A DNA stretch of 64,000 nucleotides from Protoeuglena noctilucae (taxonomy: Eukaryota). The stretch spans positions 310,001 through 374,000 of the forward strand of contig OY253679.1 in the NCBI GenBank assembly GCA_958009085.1. The letters run 5' to 3'. Both the position numbers and the translations under genes were made by a program. Positions 13,901-25,300 of the stretch are shown here, in pieces. The notes under the pieces were generated by a model, which was given only the letters and a program-made list of their open reading frames with translations, ran no database searches and was not told the DNA's origin. Numbering within the stretch: position 1 is the first letter of the stretch; every line of letters starts with the position of its first letter.

Positions 13901-14859
13901 ATCGCCCCTGCTCCTGGCCGCCCAGCTTGCTTCTCCTAACCACACGTCACGCTCCCGCCCCCGCCGGTTCCACTCGCCTTGAGGATGCGCTCCTGCAGCC
14001 TGGTTTTGTCAAGCTGCATCCGCTGCATTTCCTCCGCGAGCGCCTCGGGGTCCCGCCGCCCGGCCTCAACCTCCTTCAGCCGACGATCCAGCGAAATGAA
14101 CGCACCCTGCGCTGCGCGCGTGTCGTTCGTGAGGTGCTGCACCTGAGGATCCAAACGCAGCTCGTCGGGGAAGGGGATGTCGACCAAGAACCAGCCGACG
14201 TGCGCGCGCGCGGGGAGGAGATCCGCGTTCTGCGTAAGCCATCCAAGGATTTCGAGGAGTACCGGGGCGCGGCAGGACACCATGCCGGCCAGGACGGCCT
14301 CCGACGTGTGCGCCTGCGGACCCGGCTGGTACTTGACCATGCGGAGGAAGAACTCCACGCGCTCCGCAGCGGCCTCGGCACCATCCTGCAAAGAAATCAA
14401 CAAGCGCGGTGTCAGTGCGGGGAATCGGCAGAGCTGGAGGCCCGCGGGGAGCCAACATGGCCGAGGCGGGGGCATGCCACGCGTGCCTTAGCGACGACGA
14501 CCCGCGGGAGCTTGGGCTGAACGGCGATACAAGCGTCCATGAGTAGCTGCAAGAGCTCCGGTCCGGACATCTGGCCCAGCGTGCCCACGGAGAGCGTCTT
14601 CATGTTGAAGGGCGGGCCCTGCGCGCGAGAGCCAGGAGCGGGTGTGAGCGGCCGGGTTCGCCGCATTGCGTATGAAAGAATGCCGTCCCGGAGATGCGCA
14701 GGGCATGCGCAGCGGGCAGGGCGCAGGGGGACGTCCGACAGGTTCGGTGCTCAGGGCGCCATCCCGCGGCCCGCGGGTCCCTGGACGCGCCGGTCGGAGG
14801 CTTCTGCAGAGCGAAGGACTGACCTGGAGATTGCGCTGAATGAAAGAGATGTCCGACAT
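10930..14859 (-). CDS. IFT81: Intraflagellar transport protein 81, multi-exon
   Basis: N-terminal CH-like region MSDISFIQRNLQ|GPPFNM..ELLQLL, ERVEFFLRMVKY..LEILGWL..RAHVGWFLVDIPFP, a long coiled coil, GVEGYTDTQAGLEKISEQKAAVDEGKGAMLEEISKTV. TGA at 10930-10932. Confidence 0.92.
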
Positions 14860-15279
14860 CGCGAATCACTGCCTCCCTTTCAAACCGCCCTCTTCGGGCA
14901 CCCCTTTCGAAGCCTCAGGGGCTCGCGACAGGACACCTGACGTGTCCCCGCGACGCATATCTAGGCAGGTCGCTCGCGGCGTGACGCGGAGGAAAGATTC
15001 ACAAGGCCACGCCAGGCAACACCGTGTGCCCGACACACGTGTCACAGCCAGTCACAGGGCGCTCCCCAGCTTCTTCAGTGCGTTGGCTATGCCCAACTAC
15101 GACGCCGTGGATCGCAAGCTTCTCAATTCGCTACTCGCACGCGCTGTCCGGCTGCGCCTTTCTCGCCCAGATGCTCGGCAGCGCCGTCGTCACACTGCGA
15201 GCGTACTCGAGGCATGATCGTTTGTTCCATGACAGTCGGTCTCTGCACTGCGATATCAGCCCGAGCAGTGGCGCGACCG

Positions 15280-18200
15280 TCACCTGCGCTGCCCCTGCCC
15301 CGCTGGCCCCTCGTCCTCTCTTCCTGAACGATTGTGCCGCACCGCCACGCGTGCTTTGGCCCGGTACGCGACAAACGCCACCAGGCACGCCCCCGCGCCC
15401 CACGCCAGCACCTGACGGTAGCCATCCAGGCTTACGGGCAGCTCCCGTGCCCCGCTCGACACCCCCAGGCTGGCGCGGTCACCCCCGCCCCGTCGAAGGT
15501 ACGTACGCAGCGGCAGCACCCCGCCCACGTCCCGCGGCTCGCCCCCGCCACCTGCCCCGACCGGCAGGTGGCTCCCCGCCCCCACCCCGCACACCCTGCA
15601 TGACTTGGGGCATTGCAGGAACATGTAAGCTGCGTTCGTCAGGCATTGGTCGGACGCAGCCCACCCCTCGCACTGCTCCTGCGGGGAGGTGGAGAGCGCT
15701 ACGTGGTGTTTCAGAGGAGCACGACAAAGCAGCACAGAACCCACAATGCAATACTACTCTCCCCGAGATGAAAGGTCTGTGTTCACCCAGCCGTGCAGTC
15801 TACGCATGCACATGAAATAAACGTACATGCACGTGATACCTAGCACCCTCGCCTGGTAGTCCTCGCATGGAATGGCTCCCTGAGGTACTTTGCCCAGATC
15901 CCCCAACGCCTCCAATTCCCGTCGAAAGGCCCTCTCCCTGTCGTCTGCCGCCAAGCACAGGGCATCCAGCTGAGCTGACGGGGGGCAGTGGAGTCGGTGC
16001 CATTCGCACAGCGCTGTGTCTGCCGTGATGAGGGGCTCCTGCGGCCGAGGTCGCACGAGGCGTGGCGCAGTGGTTTGATTGGGCTGGCGATATCAAGTCG
16101 ATATCAAGTAACAGGAGTGTCCTGGCTCCCCTGCCATGCCAGCGTCACGACGCAGCCTGGCATAACTCCAACTCCACGCCCCGTCACCAGGGTCACATTC
16201 ACATTCAAATCACACACGCTCAGCACAGCGCACCGTCGCCTCACCAGCGTCATCAGCTCCGTCAGCCGCTGCCTCCCAAGCGACCTTAGCGTGCTGGGAT
16301 GCGGGGGCGTCGGGAACAGACCCGACACGGGCGCTGCGTGGATGGAGAGCAACAAACAAATGATATCTACACGTATGGCAGAAGCAAGAAGATGACATGG
16401 CTACAGGTATGATGGCGGTAAAGGTAAGCGTCATGCCTTTTTACAAACAGATACGTCAGTTATCTAAGTATCACTGCAACCCAAAGCCCCGCTTACCGCT
16501 GTCCATCCCGAACGGCTGCGTCCAGGGCTGGTCGGGCCACGGCGGGCACACGATGGGATCAAACCGTTTGAACCACTCCTTGTTCCACCAGATCCCAGAC
16601 CCGGCAGGGCCCGCCTCCCAGGTGTAATAGTAGTGCAGCACGTGGGGCGCGACGTTGACGGACGAAACGCCAGGGATGGCCTGCTCGGTCACGGCGGCCC
16701 GGTGGCGCAGGCCGTGCTTAGCTGCCGCGAACGACCAGCCGTACATCTCGCTGATCCAGGACCGGCCACCCCCGCGCGTTGTGGTGTACCTGTCGCCCGT
16801 CGTCCGCCATGCGTCCGGGTCCAGGCGCACTTTCTCCGAATATCGCATGTAGTCATCCACGATCGTCGCCAAGTCCTCACGGTAGATCATGAAGAAGGCG
16901 CCGACCTGCAGGTTGTTGTTAGGGTGGGCCGTGATGAGATGGCGATAGCGAAAAGCTTTGTATGCGTGCTGTGATGTGGCCTGGGTGGGCCGTCATGAGA
17001 TAGCGATAGCAAAGGGTATTGTATATGTGCTGCGATTGTACGTGCTGTGCTGTGGCCAGGGTAGGGGTCCAAGCCTCACCTGGTCGCCGCGGCGTCCGTC
17101 GACCCCGCCCACCCGGTCCTGCATCCGGGGCAGCTGCAGGGGCGAGTGAATGCTGTGTTACAATCACACGTTGGGCCAGTTACAGTCTCTGTCCTCCTAG
17201 CATGTACGTGCGTGCATACGCCATGCCATGCGGATTGGGAACCGCAACTGCAACGGTGGTCATGCCGCAGGCCTCCCTCGTTCGTCAAGGCACCCATCCA
17301 TTCAGTCAACTGCTTATGCGCATCCAGCGCATCTCTGGCTCTGTCGTCACCTCTGGCACGATCGCGTCCGCCAGTTCATTTGCCGAGCCCTTCATGTACC
17401 TGCGTATGACAGCAATCGAAGGCACAGTGGTGGTCACAGAACGCAACAGTCACAGCAATTGAGGGCGCAGTGGTTGTCACGGAATGCAGCATGCAATGGT
17501 CGTCTGGGTACAGGGTGGGAGAGTGGAGCACTCCAGCGCGAGATGGAGAGACCGACACACGGCAGCGGCAGCAGTGTTACAGTCTCTGCCATCCTCACCC
17601 GTAGAACGCCCCAACGGGCCTCCCCGGAGTCACGCCGAGTTTCACGGGGTCCAAGGGCGCCCGTATGACCATGTCAGGATCGAAAATAAGCACCACATCC
17701 GCATCGGGCTTGGCCTCATCCAGCCATCGCCGGAGCGCGTAGGGGCGGTTGTAGGGGGGGTACGAGTCCCTGGGTTAGCGCAAATGCAAGGGGGGCTTTG
17801 TGGGTCAGAGCACGTGCACAAGGGGTTGACTGGGTCCAAGCAAGTGCAAGGACGTGCAAGGGGGCTCGCGTGTCGCAGCACGTGCAAACAAGGATATAAA
17901 TCACAAAGCAATTGCATAGTCCGGCACCGCGTGGTGAGCATCCTCATGGGGAAAGCGCAAGGCCCGCCGCCAGATGCACAAGGGGTGGCATCGAGACGAG
18001 GTGTGCACGCACCCAATTGCGGTGTTATCGGTGGCGTCATCCGTCACGAACGTATCGACGATGTCGAACACCACGCTGCGGGTCTGCCGCACGCGCGCGA
18101 GGTCCTCGGGCTTGCAGGAGAGAAGGCGCGTGAGCTTGCCCGGCTGACCCGAGGCACGGAACGAGTGGGCCAGCACGATGCTCTGCCAGTCGAAGTAAGA

Positions 18201-18444
18201 ACTGCATTGCGTCGAGAAGATCGTATGCACCGTCGGAGACGGGGAAGCTCCGGACAGGGGCCTGCGGAGAGAGCGCGAGGGGCCCGGTTGACGCGAGGAA
18301 GAGCTGTGTGTGCCAGGGCGACGGCCGCGGCATCCCTCACGATACAGCGGTGTTTGCGAGCGCTCTTGTGAGCAGAGGGGGCGCGAACGCCAGCAGCAAC
18401 GCCGCGATGACGCCCGCGAGAGGCCCGCTGCGGGGCCCAAACAT
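15280..18444 (-). CDS. Peptidyl-serine alpha-galactosyltransferase (SGT1/GT96, HPAT-related fold) with signal peptide, C-terminal ShKT domain and TM helix
   Basis: Signal peptide MFGPRSGPLAGVIAALLLAFAPPLL; TVHTIFSTQCSSYFDWQSIVLAHSFRASGQPGKLTRLLSC; SWISEMYGWSFAAA; CEGWAASDQCLTNAAYMFLQCPKSCRVC (ShKT); VLAWGAGACLVAFVAY hydrophobic segment. Confidence 0.8.
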
Positions 18445-19399
18445 TTACGAAGGAGCTGAGACGCCGCGGCAGTGTCCTGGCGCCGTCCGGATCGTGCGGT
18501 CGTGTCAATACGACACGGGGCAACTTTGTCAACCAAAAGCTGCGCAGGAGCCCTGCTGGCAACAAACATGACGGCTCGCGCATCATGCCCATGGGTGCAG
18601 TGGCGTGCGCGGGCTGCACAAGCGACCGCAGATGTCCTACACGGCAAGATTGATGCACACTTCTGCATCCACACAAGTAATCGCGCGAACCCAAGGAGGC
18701 TGCGGCTCACCAGCACCTGCGCCAGGGGCCGGCGCTGTCAGAGTTGAGAATTGAGAGCGGATACCGCGCCTGCTGCCGACACATCGGCAACGAGTCGGTG
18801 GATAATCGCATGATGGGAGGGGTTGAGTGCGTGTTGGACCTCTGAACAGCGAGACGCGTCGTCACGCAGGGCAGGTCGGGTTTGAAGTGCGCGCGCGTCC
18901 GCGAGCGTCGCGACGCCTCCGCGGCGTGGGCGGGGCCGACTCAGCTGACCTGAGCGGCGTTTGCCGTGCGCCGCCGGCGTTGCGCAGGCTATCGCTGCGG
19001 GAATGGCCGCGCCAATGGGCCACGAGCTCTTCATGAGAGAGGGCTCCGCGCCCACCGATTGGGTGAGCCTCACGCCGCGTCCCGTCACCCGCGTGTCGGT
19101 GTCGAGTCGGGAAACGAGTCAGTGGTACTATCATGGCTTGGGGACGCGCTCGTTTGGCGGCACACCAAGGCTGGTCGCGACGTCGCTTGACGCAGGGCAG
19201 CGAATCGGAGGACGCGGGACGCGGGGACACCCGACGCGCGGCGAACCTCGCGCATGAGGTGAATTTAACGCAGCGGCGTCTCCATAGTTGCGTCAAACCT
19301 CCTCCCCGAGCGCGACGCGCCGGTGTTTTGACGATGTCCGCTGTTCGCACCTCCCCCCGCGCGCTCCTCGCGCCCGCCGGACGCCGCTTGGCGGCCGAT

Positions 19400-22300
19400 A
19401 TGTACGAATATCTTGAATCTCTGCAGCGGGAGGCCCGGGACCGCAAGTCCGACGCCCGTCTGGTGGCGCGGATGACGGTGGACGACCTGCGAGACCGCGT
19501 GCTGCATCTGATGCAGGCGGAGCGGTCGATGAAGCGGGAGCTGCGGGAGAAGGAGGTGCTGCTGATGAGGGCAGCCGCGCAGAAGCAGAGGGCCGAGGCG
19601 AGTCGCGGGGAAGAGGAAAAGCCAGCATGTTGTGTCGCGACGCAAGCGGTGGCTGTTGCAAAGAGCCGTGGGCAGTGACCCTTCCGCCGCCGTCCTCCGT
19701 CTGTCTCCATCGCCATCCTCGGTTCTGTAAGTGCGGGTGTCAGTGAGGGTGTTCCTCTGACGAACTTCCCCCCACCCACCCCGCCCCCGCAGCTGGCCAG
19801 CAAACGTGCCGTGCTGTCGCAGCTGCCCCTCGAGGAGAAGCGCAACTTCCGCGGCCGGGTGGTGGACCTGGAGGCCCGGCTGGCGGACGCCGCGCAGCAG
19901 CTGGCGGCCGCGGAGGCCCGGGTGCGGCGCCAGAAAGACCTCACTGCAGAGGCGGCCAAGCGGGCGTCGGAGAAGGAGGCGCGGGCGCGGGCGGCCGAAG
20001 CGAGGGCGGCGGCCGCGCGCAAGGACCTGCAGGCGCTGCGGAGCAACCCGGGGAAGCGACCGCAGTACGAGGCGAGCGCTGGCGGGGCGGGGCTGGCTGG
20101 GTAGGCGCCTTCGGGCGAGTCGTGGCATCGCAACCACAGCAGTGGTCAGCGAGAGTCTCTCTTCGCCTCCAGCGCTTCCTGTTCAGCGCTTAGGTGGAGC
20201 TATGGCGTTGCGGGGGGTGCGGGGGGTGTTGGCGACACCCAGCCACCGCCCCTACACATGCCACGTTAAGCGTCACTTGACCCACCGTCACCTCTGCTGC
20301 CCTCTCAGGACCTGGCCCGTCGCTATAACGACGAGCAGGCGGAGTCCCGCGAGCTGAGGGAGCAGGTGCAGTATTTGCTGAGGCGGTGGGAGGACCAGGG
20401 GTTGGCCCCGCCGCCGTTGCCGCCCAGGATGCAGGAGCTGGTGCGGGAGAGGAACCAGCTCAGGTGAGGAGACGTGGCGGGGATGGGTTGCAATGGGTTG
20501 CCGATAGATGAGGTGATGAGGGAAGCCGCCGGCACCTCACTCACTCACCCCCGCAGCCGCTACAAGAACTCTCGCCACTCACCCTCCCTCACCGCACCCT
20601 CGCACCCCCTTACGCTCTCCCCCTCCCCTTCTCCTTCACCCCAGGGTCGACAAGCAGCGCCTAGACGCCGAGCTGCGGCAGCTGCGGCTCCGCCTGGGCA
20701 TCGCGACCGACGACGACCTCGCCGATAACGGCGTGCACCTCAGCAACGTGGGCCGGGGCGACGAGGCGTGGGATTTGGAGGAAGTGTTCCTGGCGCGGAA
20801 GCACTACCTGCTCGACCGGGCGACGGGGATGCTGATGAGCGCCGAGGGGCGGTGGCCAGTGCCGGTCGGGCGCATGAAGGACGGCGTGCTGTCGCTTACC
20901 TGGGAGCAGGTGCACCACAAGTTCTTCGAGAAGCTGGACGCGTACATGGGCCAGTCGGGTGCGTCGCTGCGGGAGGTGTTTCAGGCGGTGGATGCCGATC
21001 GGTCCGGCAGCGTGGGAATCGAGGAGATGCGGCGGCTGGTGGCGCACCTGATGCCCGACGCGGGCAGGATGGTCCCCGAGGCGCTCATGTTGATGCTCGA
21101 CCGGGACGGGAACGGCCAGATCGAGTACCAGGAGCTGGTGGACGGGCTGCGGGAGATTCTGGCGACGCGCCAGTCCGTGGTTTCGGGCACGGGGGCGGCG
21201 GAGGAGGCGCTGGCGAAGGTCGCGGAGTTCGTGAAGGGGAACCGGGAGAGGGCCCGGCAGGTGACGGGGTGGGGAGTGATGTGAGGGGTTGGGGGGTGTA
21301 GACCAGGTAGGTGAAGGGGTGGTGTGAGTGGGGGTGGGGAGATGTGTGAGGTGCTGGGTGAGGGTGAGGACTACCAGGCGGGTGAGGGTAGCAAGTGGGA
21401 TTGAGAGTGTTCAGTGGGGTTGTTATTGATGAGGGCAGCAGGGCTGGTGGGGGCGTATTGACAAGGGGTGTTGGTGAGAGCGAAATCTGTTAATACGTAT
21501 TTTATATGTATTCACACGTATTAACGAACAATTTGATTCGTCGACATCGTCGTTCCCCTTCGCAGATCTTCGACGAGCTGGGCGGCGCGGACGACGGGGA
21601 GGTCTCTCTTTCCGAGGCCATCCGAGCATTGGTGCCCCTGCTGCGGCAGATGGGGCGCGAGCTGACGTGGGTCGAGCGCACCACGCTGATTAATTTACTA
21701 CTATTATGGGACGCCGATGGGTCAGGGACCATCTCTTTTGCCGAGTTCAGCCGCGCAGTCGGGGCGGCACACGTGCGGTACCGGGCGCCCGCACAGGTGA
21801 GGCCTGATGCGTGCGGTTGACGTTGACGTACGGAGTTGGGTTGAGTGGGTGTCTTGTGTTACATGTTCTAAGTTATTTCATTGTAGATGTGTACATTGTT
21901 GCAATTGTTTTACTTTCTTTTAGTAGACACTGTGGTAATTATTAGCAAGACAATTATAATAATCCCCATTGCTTTTCTCCCCTCTCCCAGGTGGAGCAGC
22001 TGCGCGCGGAGCGTCAGAAGGCCGAGGACGCGCGGAGGGCCACGGAGCTGCGGATGCAGCAGCTGGAGAAGCAGTACCGGTGAGGGACACGCTTGATAGA
22101 TATGATAATATATGATAATAACATTAAATTAATAACATATAAATAAATGAAATATCCATAATAATAATATTTGATAATGAATAAATAATCATATATAATA
22201 ATACTGATAATATAATACATTATATAATATATTATACAAGTTACAATCACTAATACCACCCCACCCCATCCCGCCCTTGGCAGGGAGAAGGAGCAGCGCT

Positions 22301-25300
22301 GGCTGATGTCCGACGCCCCCCGCCCGTCCGCCCCCGCTGCCCCCGGCCTTGCCCCCGTGGATTTGGACCCCGCAGCCGCTTCTTCGGTGGACGTGCGGGG
22401 ATTGCAGGCCAAGGTCCGGCACCTGCAGGACCGATATGCCGAGGTGCAGAGGGCGGAGCAAGAGACGCGGGCCAAGGTGCTGCAGGTGAGAGGGTGGGGG
22501 GGGTGGGGGTGGGACAACTGTCGCGGTGCCGCAGGGCGAGTGATGTCAGGGGCAGTTGGTGTGTGGAATAGAGATGAAAGCGGGGGTGGCTATTTGACGA
22601 TGAGCATGGCATTTTTTTGGTACTCGTATCAAACTTGTATGAGTATCACGATGTTTGTACTTTGTTGACAAGATCGTTATCATTTTATTACCTCAATTGC
22701 CGTGCAATAGAGCAATATTATACTATATGCACGTAGACACCGCCCCGCCCATGCACCACCCATGCAACATCCATGCACCGTCCAGGCATCGCCCATTCAT
22801 CGCACAATGCCTCTCACCCCATCCCCCCCCCCCCGTTCAGGTGACGGTGGAGCGCGACGAGCTGCAGCGGCTGTACGCGGACGCCAAGGCCCGTCTTTCA
22901 AAGCTCGAGGGCGAGGCTCTGGAGATGCGCAGCGAGGTCGAGGCATTGAGGGACTACCGGCAGCGGTGCGCGAGGGCAGAGCACGAAGTGCGGGAGCTGG
23001 AGGAGAGGCTCAGGTGAGATGGGGTGGATATATAATGTATGTGATCATAAATGTGATATCAACGATGTATGGGTGACTGATGCGGATGTTGATATGGATA
23101 CATATTGGTATATATATGAGCATCAATGTATGGTGGTCGATGGACATAGAGCTGGAGGAGAGGCTCAGGTGAGGGGACGGGGGTGGATATGAATGTATCG
23201 ATAGCCTCGCTGAGTGTCCATCTCGTGTCCTTACCTAACAATTATCCCTCACGTCCCTCACATCACTCCCTCACCTCCCTCACTCCCAGGGACGTGCGTG
23301 GCAAGGCCATCGCTGCCCCAAGAGAGGCGAGGGCAGAGGTGGAGGGGGCGCAGGCGGCATTACGTGACACAGAGGACGTGAACCGTCGGCTGAGGAGGGA
23401 GGTGGAGGTGCTGAGGGGGGAGGTGGCAGAGCTGAGACTCGGGAGGGGTGGCGGTGGCGGTGGTGTGGGTGGTGCGGGGATGGGTGGCGGTGCGGGTGCG
23501 GGTGCGGGTATGGGTGGTGGTGGCATTGCGGGTGCGGGTGTGGGTGGGCCCCTGGCAGCGGCGATGGCGGCGGCGGCGGGCGGGGCGGCGGTGGCGGCAC
23601 AGAGGGCGGGCCTGGCGCCGCATGAGCTGCAGGCCTTGAGGAACGAGGCGCAGCTGCTGCGGATGAAGCTGCGGCAGAGGGAGGTGAGGGGTGGGTGTGG
23701 GTGTGGGGGACGGGGATGGGTAGATGTAGAGAGGTGAGGGGTGGCGTGAGTGTGGGGGGTGGTGGTGTCAGCAGTGGTTGTGTGAACTTATGAGCTCCAT
23801 GGGCCTATTGAGGGTCTCAACTTACAACGTCCTTTGCTGTTCAAACCAAACCAATTGCAATCCACCCACTCTACCCCCCATCCCTCCCCCTTAGGTGGAG
23901 TTGGAGGCCGCGCACGACAAACTGGCGGTTTACTTGCAGTTCGAGCGACGGGGTGCGCGGGGACTGGAGCAGATGGGGGTGGAGTCTGCGGCGAGGGTGG
24001 GGGTGGACGACATGGAGAAGACCAAAGAGCAGCTGGTGTACGAGCTGAGGGTCATGCGGTGAGTGGCGTGAGTGATGGCAACTGATAGCAATGGGTGTAT
24101 GAGCTAAGAGTGATGCGGTGAGTGGGGGTGGTAGCAGCGATGCGGTGAGGGGCATGAGTGGCTCAGGCCATGTATGTGGGAAAGAGCAAGGATCACACCC
24201 AAAGCGCCACCACCTTGCACGCTCCTATTCAAACCGCCCCTGCCGACCCCTCGGCCCCAGCGACGAGCTGAGCCGGGTGGAGATGGAGGTGGGCAAGCTC
24301 CACGAGATGCTGGGGCACAAGGACGCGCAGATGGCGCAACTGCAGAGGCACGCCGACCAGCTGCAGGCAATGCACCGGGTGACGGTCGAGGTGAGCGTGA
24401 CTGGGTTGTATGATTTGAATGATAGATGCTGTAGTGATTGACTACACAACCTGCAGGCCATGCACCGGGTGATGGTGGAGGTGAGGTGGTGGCTGGTGAT
24501 ACCACAGATTCGCTCACTGCCACCCTTATCACCACCCCCACCCCCCCCCCACATCCACCCCAGGAGACCCGTGCCGAGCGCGAGGCCCTGTCTCGCCGCA
24601 TCGACTCCCGCGACGAGCACATCCGTCGATTGGCCGAGAAGGAGGGCCGCTATGGCGTCCCCGGCCGGGCCAGGCGCGTTTCTGGCGCCAGCGACACGGC
24701 CGGACTGGCGGACAACGAGAACGTGCTGGAGATGGAGGCGAGTGGTATACGGGACGTGACGTGATGGATTGCAACGGTCGAGACGATGTGCTAAGGAGAT
24801 GCAGCAAGTCGTTGCTGGCGTGGCTGTAACTGTAAGTGTTACTGACGCTCACTCTTGTCATCCACCACTCCCACTCCCTCTTATCCAACACTCTCATTCC
24901 CTTCCCACCCCACCCAGATCGCCGAGGCCTCCCTCGACCCCTCCGTCCCCGCCCCCCCCTCGGGCACCTTCGTGGCCGTGGACTTTTACCGCCACGCCAC
25001 TGTGGTGTCCTCCGTGGGACTCGGATCGAATCCCAGGTACGGATCCACGCTCCAATTCATCGTGGAACCTTCGCTGGACTTTTTGCGGCACCTGGATGGC
25101 GCGGCTGCGAGGGTCGACCTTTGCCAGCCCGACGGGTTCGGGTTCGCCACCCTGGGAAGGGGCCTGCTGCCGCTGCGCAAGTACCTGGAAACGGCCTTGC
25201 GGGGGCAGGCGACCACGCCCGTCACGCTGTACGTGGATGTGGTGGGGGCGGACCGGAAAGCGGTGGCAAGGGTGCGGGTGCGGGTGCGGATGGCGCGGCC

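Noticed and set aside
16924..17020. Roughly 61-nt-period tandem duplication in an SGT1 intron
   Set aside because: It does not include a splice junction, so it is an ordinary intronic duplication and was not counted as an echo.
20101..20104. In-frame TAG as evidence for stop-codon reassignment
   Set aside because: It lies inside an intron once the GC donor at 20072 is used; that phase matches the next exon.
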